Notes: a model not told the origin generated them from the sequence alone. DNA of 32,000 nt from Fidelibacter multiformis (GCF_041154365.1 NZ_AP035449.1), one strand, 5' to 3'; shown: positions 7,421-15,641, counted from the first letter of the stretch. Translations and numbers: made by a program.

Positions 7421-7473
7421 TGCTTCGCTGCACTCAGCATCTCCGCCCTCTCCATAAAAAATCACTCTCAGCA

Positions 7474-7523
7474 TCTCCGCGCCCACTGCGGGAGGAAAAA
7501 GTCTCCGCGCCCTCTGCGGGAGG
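7474..7523 (-). repeat. Two CTCCGCG...GCGGGAGG hairpin modules (same family as 950-1024), each followed on the minus strand by a T-run
   Basis: tctccgcgcccactgcgggagg (7474-7495) followed by aaaaa. tctccgcgccctctgcgggagg (7502-7523). On the minus strand these read hairpin-CTTTTT and hairpin...GATTTTTTAT, which is terminator-like, yet no minus-strand gene ends here. Confidence 0.6.
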
Positions 7524-7526
7524 ATG

Positions 7527-7561
7527 TCGACTGCCCACTGACGACTGATGACTGACGACTG
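7527..7561 (-). repeat. Inverted CAGTNNN heptamer array, 5 units
   Basis: The plus strand reads tcgactg cccactg acgactg atgactg acgactg. The reverse complement gives CAGTCGT CAGTCAT CAGTCGT CAGTGGG CAGTCGA. Confidence 0.9.
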
Positions 7562-7642
7562 ATTAAGTTTACATAAAATCATTGTGTATCCCAAAAGCCT
7601 GTCATAAATTTTATTCCTAAACATAAAGAGACGAGGCAAAAC

Positions 7643-8206
7643 GTGGCATCAACAGCAGATTTCAGAAACGGGATGGTCATTGTATACAATGGCGCCCTGT
7701 GTAAAATTGTAGAGTTTCAACACAGCAAAATGGGTCGCGGCGGTGCCGTGATCCGGACCAAGCTGAAAAATATTATTACAGGACAAGTCCTGGAAAACAC
7801 ATTCCGCTCCGGCGAAAAGGTGGAAGAAGCCCGGGTTGAAGCCCGGGAAATGGAGTACCTGTATAATGACGGGACCTTCTATTACGTGATGGATCACGAA
7901 ACCTTTGAACAAATCCCCCTTTCGGCTGATATGCTGGGAGATGATGTGTACTATATGAAGGAAAACGCCTTTGTGAAGGTCCTCATGTATCAAAACAAAC
8001 CCATCGGCATCGAACTCCCCACGGCTGTTGTTCTGAAGATCACGGCCACTGAACCGGGCGTCCGGGGAAATACGGCCACCAATGTGACCAAACCGGCCAC
8101 CTGCGAAACGGGACTGGAAGTCCAGGTCCCGATTTTTATCAACGAAGGGGATCTGATAAAGGTGGATACCCGGGACGGTTCTTATCTGGGACGGGAAAGC
8201 AATTAA
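7643..8206 (+). CDS. efp: Translation elongation factor P
   Basis: 187 aa with a GTG start and SD GAGG 8 nt upstream. The N-terminus MASTADFRNGMVIVYNGALCKIVEFQHSKMGRGGAVIRTKLKN and the overall length are typical of EF-P. Confidence 0.95.
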   Translation: MASTADFRNGMVIVYNGALCKIVEFQHSKMGRGGAVIRTKLKNIITGQVLENTFRSGEKVEEARVEAREMEYLYNDGTFYYVMDHETFEQIPLSADMLGDDVYYMKENAFVKVLMYQNKPIGIELPTAVVLKITATEPGVRGNTATNVTKPATCETGLEVQVPIFINEGDLIKVDTRDGSYLGRESN

Positions 8207-8225
8207 TTAAAAATGAGGGGTTGTC

Positions 8226-8693
8226 ATGAGTGAAAGCTGGATTCGCCGGATGGTCAGTCTGGTGGAAGAAAGTGATATTGAAGAACTGGAATTTTCCGGT
8301 TTTTTCCGAAAGATCCGTATCAGTAAACACAAGTCCCCGGGAGGCGGTTCTGTCGTCTATTCTTCATCGCCGGCTTCGGCATCCCATACACCTCAAACCC
8401 CGCCGAAAGAGAGTCCCGAAACCTCAAAACCTGCACCACAAAAAGCACCGGCGGAAGACCCTGCCATAGTGACGAGTCCCATGGTGGGGACATTTTACCG
8501 GGCACCGTCTCCGGAAGATAAATCCTTCGTGGAAGTCGGGGATACAGTGGAAATCGGCCAGACACTCTGTATTATTGAAGCCATGAAGATTATGAATGAG
8601 ATTCAGGCGGAACGGGCGGGGACGGTGAAAGAAATTTTTGCGGAAAATGCCTCACCCGTGGAATACGGAACACCTTTATTCCGGATTGAATAA
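8226..8693 (+). CDS. accB: Acetyl-CoA carboxylase biotin carboxyl carrier protein
   Basis: 155 aa with a P/A-rich linker and the biotinyl-lysine motif [20 protein letters not shown] upstream. The efp-accB-accC arrangement is a common conserved gene order. Confidence 0.95.
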   Translation: MSESWIRRMVSLVEESDIEELEFSGFFRKIRISKHKSPGGGSVVYSSSPASASHTPQTPPKESPETSKPAPQKAPAEDPAIVTSPMVGTFYRAPSPEDKSFVEVGDTVEIGQTLCIIEAMKIMNEIQAERAGTVKEIFAENASPVEYGTPLFRIE

Positions 8694-10051
8694 TGGCCCT
8701 GAAGAAAATTTTAATAGCCAACCGCGGCGAAATCGCCCTGAGAATTATTCGTGCCTGTCACGAACTGGATATTCCCACGGTGGCCGTTTATTCCAAAGCC
8801 GATAAATTATCCCTCCACGTGCGGTTTTCCGATGAGGCGATTTGCATCGGCGAGGCGAATCCCCGGGAGAGTTATCTGAATGTGACCCGGATTATGGCGG
8901 CGGCGGAACTGACGAATGCCGATGCCATCCATCCCGGATACGGTTTCCTGGCGGAAAATGCGGCCTTTGCCGAACTCTGCGGCGATCACCACCTGGCTTT
9001 TATCGGTCCAACCCCTGCAGTGATCCGGGAAATGGGGGATAAGGCCCGGGCCCGGGAGATCATGAAAAAAGCCGGTGTACCTGTCATTCCCGGAAGCGAC
9101 GGAGTCGTTAAAGATCCGGAAGCAGCGGAAAAAATTGCCGGAAAACTGGGATATCCCGTCATCCTGAAAGCCGTGGCCGGTGGCGGCGGAAAAGGGATGC
9201 GCATCGTTCACGAACCGAAAAATATCCAAAACGCCTTTAATACGGCCCGGAATGAAGCGGAGAATTCTTTCAGCAACGGGGATCTGTACATCGAACGGTT
9301 CATTCGAAAACCCCGGCACATCGAAATCCAGATTCTGGGAGATATGCATGGCAATGTATACGCCCTGGGAGAACGGGAATGTTCCATTCAGCGCCGTCAT
9401 CAGAAACTCATCGAGGAATCCCCTTCCACCGCCGTAGATCCGGAATTACGCCACCGGATGCAGGACACCGCCGTCCGGGCTGCCAAAGCCGTCAACTATA
9501 CCGGCGCCGGGACCATCGAATTCCTCCTAGATGATAAAAAGAATTTTTACTTCATGGAGATGAATACCCGTATCCAGGTGGAACACGCCATTACCGAAAT
9601 GGTCATGGGAATGGATCTGGTGAAAAAACAAATCCAGATCGCCGATGGATATATTTTGCCGGAACGACTGAAGGATTACAAAATCCGGGGACACGCCCTG
9701 GAATGCCGGGTCAACGCAGAAGATCCGGCAAATGGGTTTAAGCCCTCTCCGGGAACGATTGAAGCCCTTCATATTCCGGGAGGATCGGGTGTGCGTGTAG
9801 ATACCCACCTCTACAGCGGTTATACCATCCCCGTGAATTACGATTCTCTTCTTGCAAAAATCATCGTCCAGGGTTCCAGCCGTGAATCGGCGATCCACCG
9901 TATGGTCCGCGTCCTTGAAGAAACAGTTATCGAAGGAATTAAAACCACCATTCCCTTTCACAGACAGGTTCTTTCACATCCTGATTTCGTGAATGGGACC
10001 TTCGATACGGATTTCTTAGAACATTTTCATTTTAACCCCAATAAAGTATAA
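8693..10051 (+). CDS. accC: Biotin carboxylase subunit of acetyl-CoA carboxylase
   Basis: 452 aa. [19 protein letters not shown]-terminus, ATP-grasp motifs [20 protein letters not shown] and [10 protein letters not shown]. The start overlaps the accB stop (TAATG). Confidence 0.97.
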   Translation: MALKKILIANRGEIALRIIRACHELDIPTVAVYSKADKLSLHVRFSDEAICIGEANPRESYLNVTRIMAAAELTNADAIHPGYGFLAENAAFAELCGDHHLAFIGPTPAVIREMGDKARAREIMKKAGVPVIPGSDGVVKDPEAAEKIAGKLGYPVILKAVAGGGGKGMRIVHEPKNIQNAFNTARNEAENSFSNGDLYIERFIRKPRHIEIQILGDMHGNVYALGERECSIQRRHQKLIEESPSTAVDPELRHRMQDTAVRAAKAVNYTGAGTIEFLLDDKKNFYFMEMNTRIQVEHAITEMVMGMDLVKKQIQIADGYILPERLKDYKIRGHALECRVNAEDPANGFKPSPGTIEALHIPGGSGVRVDTHLYSGYTIPVNYDSLLAKIIVQGSSRESAIHRMVRVLEETVIEGIKTTIPFHRQVLSHPDFVNGTFDTDFLEHFHFNPNKV

Positions 10052-10058
10052 GGAGTGT

Positions 10059-10436
10059 ATGATGAATTTCCCTAAAAATTTAAAGTATTCCGATGATCAC
10101 GAATGGGTCCGTGTGGAAGGTGACGAAGCGGTTATCGGAATCACGGATTTTGCCCAGAGCGAACTGGGTGATGTGGTTTACCTGGAACTTCCCTCCGTGG
10201 GTGATGAAGTCAGCAAGGGCGATGCTTTCGGTACCATCGAAGCGGTCAAAACCGTCTCCGATATGCTGGCACCCGTTTCCGGTGAAATCATTGCAGTGAA
10301 TGAAGACCTGAATGATTCTCCGGAAGACGTGAACAAAGAGCCCTATGAAAGCTGGCTGGTTAAAATTAAAATGTCCGATCCTTCCGAAACGGAAGACCTG
10401 ATGGACGCGGAAGCCTACGAAGAATTTATCGGCTGA
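10059..10436 (+). CDS. gcvH: Glycine cleavage system H protein (lipoyl carrier)
   Basis: 125 aa. YSDDHEWVR motif and lipoyl-lysine context GTIEAVKTVSDM. SD AAGGAG upstream. Confidence 0.95.
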   Translation: MMNFPKNLKYSDDHEWVRVEGDEAVIGITDFAQSELGDVVYLELPSVGDEVSKGDAFGTIEAVKTVSDMLAPVSGEIIAVNEDLNDSPEDVNKEPYESWLVKIKMSDPSETEDLMDAEAYEEFIG

Positions 10437-10486
10437 GTCTTCCTTCAAACGGACAAGTGAACACCATTCTCTTATGAGGAGAAACC

Positions 10487-11824
10487 ATGGTTTATATCCC
10501 CAATTCTGAAAAAGATTTTCAGGAGATGTTACAGGCCATCGGGGTTAAGGATTTCGAGGATCTTCTACAATCCATCCCTGATGTGTTGAAATCGGACCGG
10601 ACGCTGGATCTTCCGCCGCCCCTAACGGAAATGGAGCTGGAGGCGGAAATCGCCGGAATCGCCGGAAAAAACCGGGCTTCAGACCGGCTGATCAACTTTA
10701 TGGGCGGGGGAGCCTATGATCACTTCATCCCAAAGGTGGTGGATTATATCCTTTCCCGTTCAGAATTTAAAACAGCCTATACCCCTTATCAGCCCGAAGT
10801 CAGCCAGGGCACCCTCCAGGCCATGTATGAATACCAGTCCATGATCTGTGAACTGACAGGCATGGGCGTTTCCAATGCCTCGCTCTATGACGGCGCCAGC
10901 GGCCTGGCGGAAGCAGCCATGATGGCCCGGAATATTACCGGAAAAAACCGCATTCTGATCGCTGAAACGGTCCACCCTCTTTACCTGCAGGTCCTGAAAA
11001 CCTACGCCGGTTCCCTGGAACTGGATATTGACATTCTTCCCGCCAAAAATTATGTGACCGATCCCAATGCATTGGATGAAAAACTGACATCCCAAACGGC
11101 AGCGGTCATCCTTCAGAGTCCAAATTTTTACGGTTATGTGGAAAACGCTCCGGCAGCGGCGGAAAAAGCCCATCAGGCGGAGGCTCTTTTCATCCAGGGT
11201 TTTGATCCCATTTCGCTGGCCATTCTCAGGGCTCCCGGGGATTACGGGACGGATATCGTTTTTGGCGAAGGGCAGTCACTGGGAAATCATCTGAACTTTG
11301 GCGGACCGTATCTGGGACTTTTTGCGGCAGACCGGAAGTATGTGCGAAAAATGCCGGGACGGATAATCGGCGCAACGGAAGATACACAGGGCCGCAGGGG
11401 ATTCGTCCTAACGCTCCAGACCCGGGAACAACATATCCGCCGGGAAAAGGCCACCAGTAATATCTGCACAAACCAGGGACTCAATGCCCTGGCAGCAACG
11501 GTCTATCTGGCGCTACTGGGAAAATGCGGCATTCGGAAAGTTGCCGAACTGAGCACCCAAAAAGCCCACTACCTGCATGAAAAAATCACCGCCTTGAAGG
11601 GATTTGATAAAGTTTCGGATGAACCTTTTTTCAAGGAATTCACCGTTTACACCCGTATCCCGGCAGCAGAAGTGGTCCGGGAAGCAGAACAGGCGGGATT
11701 TCTGGCGGGAGTCCATGTGGGACAATTTTATCCCGGCAGGATGCATGAACTGATCCTGGCGGTTACAGAAAAACGGACGAAAGCACAGATGGATAAACTG
11801 ATCAACTTTCTGGGAAGCCTATGA
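10487..11824 (+). CDS. gcvPA: Glycine dehydrogenase (decarboxylating), subunit 1 (N-terminal P-protein subunit)
   Basis: 445 aa. The motifs FMGGGAYDHFIP, YTPYQPEVSQGTLQ and REQHIRREKATSNICTNQ are characteristic of the two-subunit P protein alpha chain. No gcvPB follows. Confidence 0.93.
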   Translation: MVYIPNSEKDFQEMLQAIGVKDFEDLLQSIPDVLKSDRTLDLPPPLTEMELEAEIAGIAGKNRASDRLINFMGGGAYDHFIPKVVDYILSRSEFKTAYTPYQPEVSQGTLQAMYEYQSMICELTGMGVSNASLYDGASGLAEAAMMARNITGKNRILIAETVHPLYLQVLKTYAGSLELDIDILPAKNYVTDPNALDEKLTSQTAAVILQSPNFYGYVENAPAAAEKAHQAEALFIQGFDPISLAILRAPGDYGTDIVFGEGQSLGNHLNFGGPYLGLFAADRKYVRKMPGRIIGATEDTQGRRGFVLTLQTREQHIRREKATSNICTNQGLNALAATVYLALLGKCGIRKVAELSTQKAHYLHEKITALKGFDKVSDEPFFKEFTVYTRIPAAEVVREAEQAGFLAGVHVGQFYPGRMHELILAVTEKRTKAQMDKLINFLGSL

Positions 11825-12564
11825 CGGTCTACGAACACTTACTTAAAGCCCGGGAAACATATCAGGCCGGATACATGGTCCTGATTGATCCTGATGCACG
11901 GCCAATAAAGGAAACCGCTGAATTTGCACGGGTGATCAGCCGCGCCGGTGCCGATGCCATCCTCTATGGAGGCAGCCTGATCACCGACGAGGGATTTACG
12001 GATAAATTGATTGCACTCCATGAAGCATCCGATATCCCCGTGATCCTCTTTCCCGGATCTATCGGACAGGTAACATCCCATGTGGATGCCATTTTATATA
12101 TCAGTGTCATCAGCGGCCGGAATCCAAATCTGCTCATCGGTGAACATGTGACCACCGCCATTCAAATCAAGCGTTCCGGCGTGGAAACCATTCCCACAGG
12201 GTACATGCTGGTGGAATCCGGGAAAGTAACGACCGCAGAGTTCATCAGCGGGACCCGTCCCCTGCCGGCCCATAAGCCGGAACTGGCCCTGGCCCATGCC
12301 CTTGCCGGTGAGATGCTGGGCTTTAAAATTCTCTACCTGGAAGCCGGAAGTGGTGCAGAACGACCTGTTCCCAATGCCATGATCAGCACGATAAAAAAAT
12401 ATGTCCGGATTCCCGTAATCACCGGCGGCGGTATCCGAACCCCCGAAACTGCCCGGGAAAAGGTTTTGGCCGGAGCGGATTTTATTGTCACCGGGAATGT
12501 TTTGGAAGATTCGAACAACACAGACCTGCTGGAAGCCTTTGTGAAAGCGGTCCACGGAGAATAA
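11821..12564 (+). CDS. Geranylgeranylglyceryl phosphate synthase family protein (GGGPS/PcrB TIM-barrel prenyltransferase, group-II-like)
   Basis: 247 aa. Family-like motifs: LIDPD, GADAILYGGS, ILFPGS, ISVISGRNPNLLIG, ILYLEAGSG and ITGGGIRTPETAREKVLAGADFIVTGN. The ATGA start/stop overlap with gcvPA implies translational coupling. Confidence 0.8.
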   Translation: MTVYEHLLKARETYQAGYMVLIDPDARPIKETAEFARVISRAGADAILYGGSLITDEGFTDKLIALHEASDIPVILFPGSIGQVTSHVDAILYISVISGRNPNLLIGEHVTTAIQIKRSGVETIPTGYMLVESGKVTTAEFISGTRPLPAHKPELALAHALAGEMLGFKILYLEAGSGAERPVPNAMISTIKKYVRIPVITGGGIRTPETAREKVLAGADFIVTGNVLEDSNNTDLLEAFVKAVHGE

Positions 12565-12565
12565 C

Positions 12566-13156
12566 ATGATGAACAGCTCCTTCGACCTGATCCGTGCCCA
12601 TCTGAAAGCCGGTGGCGATCTGAAACACCGGATTGCCGCATCGGATGATCTGGTTCAGCGTATTTATGACGCCTCAGCCATCATGATCCGGACTTTGAAA
12701 AAGGGGAAGAAAATTCTCTGGTGCGGTAACGGCGGCTCAGCAGCCGACTCCCAGCACCTGTCCGCCGAACTGGTGGCACGGCTGAACATAACCCGGCCCG
12801 GGCTGGCGTCCCTGGCCCTCACGACGGATACATCCCTCCTCACCGCCTGGAGCAATGATGTAGGTTTTGAAAGCCTCTTCAGCCGCCAGGTGGAAGCTCT
12901 GGGGGATAACGGCGACGTGCTTATGGCTCTGTCCACCTCGGGAAAATCCCCCAATGTTTTAAAGGCAGTGAAAAGCGCCCGGGAGAAGAAAATCACCACC
13001 ATTGCCCTCCTGGGACGGGACGGTGGAGTAATCCGGAGTGAAGCGGATCTGGCCATCGTGGTTCCCTCAGAAAACACACAACTGATCCAAGAAATCCATG
13101 TCACGGTAGGGCATCTCCTTTGCGAGCTGGTTGAAACAAAACTGTTTAAAACCTGA
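12566..13156 (+). CDS. gmhA: D-sedoheptulose-7-phosphate isomerase (SIS domain)
   Basis: 196 aa. The motifs CGNGGSAADSQHLSAEL, NDVGFESLFSRQVEALG, STSGKSPNV and IQEIH are collinear with E. coli GmhA as I recall it. DiaA-like function cannot be excluded. Confidence 0.85.
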   Translation: MMNSSFDLIRAHLKAGGDLKHRIAASDDLVQRIYDASAIMIRTLKKGKKILWCGNGGSAADSQHLSAELVARLNITRPGLASLALTTDTSLLTAWSNDVGFESLFSRQVEALGDNGDVLMALSTSGKSPNVLKAVKSAREKKITTIALLGRDGGVIRSEADLAIVVPSENTQLIQEIHVTVGHLLCELVETKLFKT

Positions 13157-13165
13157 CCTGCCGCC

Positions 13166-14080
13166 ATGAATCGACTCAAAGAGACCCTGACCGATTTTAT
13201 CAATCATTTGAGAGTGGAACGTAATTTAGCTGCCAATACCATCGAATCCTACCAGATCGATCTGAACCGCTATCTGGCCTATCTGGAGAGTCTGGAAATT
13301 CAAAATCCCGACGCGGTTGAAATATCCCATGTCATTGCTTTTATCCGGGAACTCCATGATGTTCCCCTGGCGCCCCGGAGCATCTCACGGAACCTTTCTG
13401 CCATCCGCATGTACCATAGATTTATGATGAATGAAGGGTACATTCAGAAAGACGTCACGGAAAACATCGATCTGCCGAAGCTTCCGGCCCGACTCCCCAA
13501 GGTTCTGGAAATTCACGAGATGGAAGCTATCCTCAATGTGATCAACACAGAGACGGATCTGGGAAGGCGGGATCGTGCCATGCTGGAATTGCTTTACGCC
13601 TGCGGGCTTCGGATTTCAGAACTTTTGGATTTGCGTCTATCCAATGTCTATCTGAATCATGGCTGGCTGAGGATTTTCGGAAAGGGTTCAAAAGAACGGG
13701 TGGTGCCCATGGGTGCGGAAGCCCGGGAATGGTTAAAGCACTATCTGACCTATGTGCGATACACCCTGGCGCAAAAATCCATCGAGAGTGAAGATGTGGT
13801 TTTTCTCAATGCCCGGGGCAAGCCCCTGAGCCGCATGGGCGTGTGGAAAATCATCCAGCAGTATATCAAAGCGGCTAAAATCACCAAAAAAGTGAGTCCA
13901 CACACCTTCCGTCACTCCTTTGCCACCCATCTGCTGGAAGGCGGCGCCGATCTTCGGGCCGTTCAGGAAATGCTGGGACACTCGGACATTTCCACTACCC
14001 AAATTTACACCCACCTGGACCGGGAATATTTGAAGGAGGTCCATAAAACCTTTCACCCCAGAGAACGGAGACACGATTGA
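13166..14080 (+). CDS. xerD: Tyrosine site-specific recombinase XerD-like
   Basis: 304 aa. N-terminal SAM-like core-binding domain, catalytic region with ELLYACGLRISEL and HTFRHSFATHLLEGGADLRAVQEMLGHSDISTTQIYTH (R..HxxR..Y). Embedded in a housekeeping operon. Confidence 0.88.
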   Translation: MNRLKETLTDFINHLRVERNLAANTIESYQIDLNRYLAYLESLEIQNPDAVEISHVIAFIRELHDVPLAPRSISRNLSAIRMYHRFMMNEGYIQKDVTENIDLPKLPARLPKVLEIHEMEAILNVINTETDLGRRDRAMLELLYACGLRISELLDLRLSNVYLNHGWLRIFGKGSKERVVPMGAEAREWLKHYLTYVRYTLAQKSIESEDVVFLNARGKPLSRMGVWKIIQQYIKAAKITKKVSPHTFRHSFATHLLEGGADLRAVQEMLGHSDISTTQIYTHLDREYLKEVHKTFHPRERRHD

Positions 14081-14715
14081 ACAATCAGATATTAGATATC
14101 CTCGCCCTGGCTGTTCCCATTTTAATTGCCCTCACGGTCCATGAAGTTTCACACGGGTATGTGGCCTGGAAACTGGGAGATCCCACGGCAAAAATGATGG
14201 GGCGTCTGACTCTGAATCCTATCGCCCACCTGGATCCCATCGGAACCCTTATGCTTTTTCTGGTCCGCTTCGGCTGGGCCAAGCCGGTCCCTGTGGATCC
14301 CCGTTATTTTAAAAATCCCAAACAGGATATGCTGTGGGTTGCCCTGGCCGGTCCGGCATCCAACATGGTATTGGCCTTTCTTTTTGGCCTGCTGATCCGG
14401 GCAGTGGGACTCCAGTCTTCCGGAAATTTTACCGGAGATTTCCTGAAAATGATCCTTCTTTACGGCCTCTATATCAACCTGGCCCTGGCGATTTTTAACC
14501 TGCTTCCTATCCCGCCTCTGGACGGGGGTCGTATTCTGCGCGGACTCCTACCCTGGCGCTATGAACATTACGTAGACCGTCTGGAACAATACGGACCTTT
14601 TGTATTGATGGGACTCATTTTCCTGGGAATGTTTACCGGATTCAGTGTTTTCGGGATTATTATCACACCTTTTGTGCGGTTTTTTGGGGGAATGTTTGCG
14701 GGGATAAACCTGTAG
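14077..14715 (+). CDS. Site-2 protease family (peptidase M50) membrane metalloprotease
   Basis: 212 aa, polytopic. HEVSHG (HExxH) in the first TM helix and NLLPIPPLDGG in a later helix. The TTG start overlaps the xerD TGA stop. Confidence 0.85.
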   Translation: MNNQILDILALAVPILIALTVHEVSHGYVAWKLGDPTAKMMGRLTLNPIAHLDPIGTLMLFLVRFGWAKPVPVDPRYFKNPKQDMLWVALAGPASNMVLAFLFGLLIRAVGLQSSGNFTGDFLKMILLYGLYINLALAIFNLLPIPPLDGGRILRGLLPWRYEHYVDRLEQYGPFVLMGLIFLGMFTGFSVFGIIITPFVRFFGGMFAGINL

Positions 14716-14739
14716 AGAACGGTTTGAAACCGTTCTCTA
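14713..14739. terminator. Perfect 13-bp-arm palindrome between convergent genes (bidirectional terminator-like hairpin, no U-tract)
   Basis: TAGAGAACGGTTT-g-AAACCGTTCTCTA. It starts at the TAG stop of the M50 gene and ends 3 nt before the TAA of the minus-strand methyltransferase gene. Confidence 0.5.
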
Positions 14740-14742
14740 CTA

Positions 14743-15513
14743 TTACAATTGATAACATAATATGCTGAGGATGGCCGCCGCTGCTGTAGCTGCATTCAGG
14801 GATTCGCAATCGCTCAAAGGCGGCAGAGTAACAGGTAAAACAGCATCACCGTTCCATTGGGGATTTACACCCCGTGCTTCGTTCCCAATCACAAGCAGAA
14901 AAGGTTTATCAGATATTTTCAGTTTGGAAACCGGTGTACCATTCCGGACCACGCTGGCTAAAATTTGGTGGGAATTCCGGGTTTTTTCCAGGATATCTGA
15001 GATCGTCATTTCGAAAACAGGCAGGTGAAAATGGGATCCCATGGCGGACCGGATCACCTTGGGATTTACCGCATCCACCGTCCCGGGTGTTGTAATCACC
15101 CCGGCCAGTCCAAACCAGTGGGCAATGCGGATCAGGGTCCCCAGGTTTCCCGGATCCTGAATTTCGTCACACACCAACAGAGAGCCTTCAAGCGTGATAT
15201 CCGGAGAAGACGGCATGGCAATAAGAGCAATCACCCCTTGGGGACTCACCTCGGTACTGAGGCTTTTTATCACACCAGGAGAGACTTCATACACAGGGAT
15301 ATTTCGGTGGCGGGCTGTATCCAGGAGTGCATTAAATCCTGGTTTATCCAGGAGATAAGGCTGGTAGAGAATTTCCTGAACCCGTGCCTGCATCTTCAGG
15401 GCTTCCTCCAGGAGAAGAATTCCTTCCAGCAGATAAGCCTGGTGAATTGAGCGATACTTTTTCTGTTGCAGGGAGCGGATACGTTTTAGATGTTCTTTGG
15501 AAAGTGTTTCCAT
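14743..15513 (-). CDS. TrmH/SpoU-family RNA 2'-O-methyltransferase (RlmB-like)
   Basis: 256 aa. N-terminal substrate-binding-like segment, then SpoU motifs LLVCDEIQDPGNLGTLIRIAHWFG, LVIGNEARGV and SLNAATAAAI. Confidence 0.85.
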   Translation of the reverse strand: METLSKEHLKRIRSLQQKKYRSIHQAYLLEGILLLEEALKMQARVQEILYQPYLLDKPGFNALLDTARHRNIPVYEVSPGVIKSLSTEVSPQGVIALIAMPSSPDITLEGSLLVCDEIQDPGNLGTLIRIAHWFGLAGVITTPGTVDAVNPKVIRSAMGSHFHLPVFEMTISDILEKTRNSHQILASVVRNGTPVSKLKISDKPFLLVIGNEARGVNPQWNGDAVLPVTLPPLSDCESLNAATAAAAILSILCYQL

Positions 15514-15595
15514 AGAAAGAATTTAAGAAGAGTCTGCCTGCATAACGACAAAAACCGTCAGGAGGAACCGACAGCTTACAGATGTGTATAAAGTA

Positions 15596-15624
15596 TTGAA
15601 CGGAACGGGGAAAATCCCTATACT
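15596..15624 (+). promoter_or_regulatory. Near-consensus sigma70-type promoter for ssrA (TTGAAC-N17-TATACT)
   Basis: TTGAAC is at 15596-15601, followed by a 17-nt spacer and TATACT at 15619-15624. The mature tmRNA 5' end lies 18 nt downstream. Confidence 0.6.
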
Positions 15625-15641
15625 ACCGTGCTTTTTGAAAA

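Larger units (their letters stand above)
6849..7561. repeat. Mosaic non-coding repeat region B, bracketed by inverted CAGTNNN heptamer arrays
   Basis: Order of modules. Heptamers (6849-6897). GATTG nonamers (6904-6948). Two CCCCGTGAAA-type hairpins (6949-7032). A GATTG-rich tract (7033-7077). A triloop hairpin array (7097-7420). CTCCGCG...GCGGGAGG hairpins (7474-7523). Inverted heptamers NNNACTG x5 (7527-7561). The track ORFs here translate to low-complexity strings. Confidence 0.9.

Noticed and set aside
6849-7561. A large structured ncRNA of the GOLLD/OLE/ROOL type
   Set aside because: About half of the region is simple tandem repeat. The hairpin units are present in both orientations, so no single strand gives a uniform structure. 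I recognise no signature motifs of those RNA classes. This is not excluded experimentally.
7582-7610. efp promoter TTGTGT-N17-TAAATT (alternative: CTGTCA-N17-CATAAA)
   Set aside because: Both candidates match the consensus at only 3-4 of 6 positions per hexamer and cannot be told apart by eye. They are therefore not reported as a feature. The statement that region B lies between divergent promoters depends on one of them, or a nearby site, being real.
6828-7639. Track ORFs inside repeat region B (6828-7028 minus, 6995-7339 plus, 7066-7254 plus, 7190-7639 minus, 7251-7457 plus) as possible genes
   Set aside because: Their translations are low-complexity read-through of tandem repeats and palindromes (e.g. 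QSNQSIQSNQSLQS). They overlap one another on both strands and lack SD sequences. The same applies to 577-765, 699-944, 16044-16358 and 16224-16412.
8807-9961. Long antisense or alternative-frame ORFs within accC, and similar ones within gcvPA, the GGGPS-like gene, gmhA, trmH, ptrB, the GT2 gene, crtI, the CrtD-like gene and the cyclase
   Set aside because: They lie entirely inside well-supported genes with clear family motifs. They have no recognisable motifs themselves and are typical shadow ORFs of moderately GC-rich coding sequence.
10487-11824. gcvPA as a pseudogene or remnant because gcvPB and gcvT are missing nearby
   Set aside because: The ORF is full length with intact conserved motifs and a good SD. 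The partner genes can be encoded elsewhere, and absence from a 32-kb window is not evidence of loss.
13166-14080. Tyrosine recombinase as the integrase of a mobile element near ssrA
   Set aside because: It has full-length XerD-like architecture. It is embedded in a translationally coupled housekeeping operon 1.5 kb upstream of ssrA, with two unrelated genes in between. No att-like direct repeats were seen.
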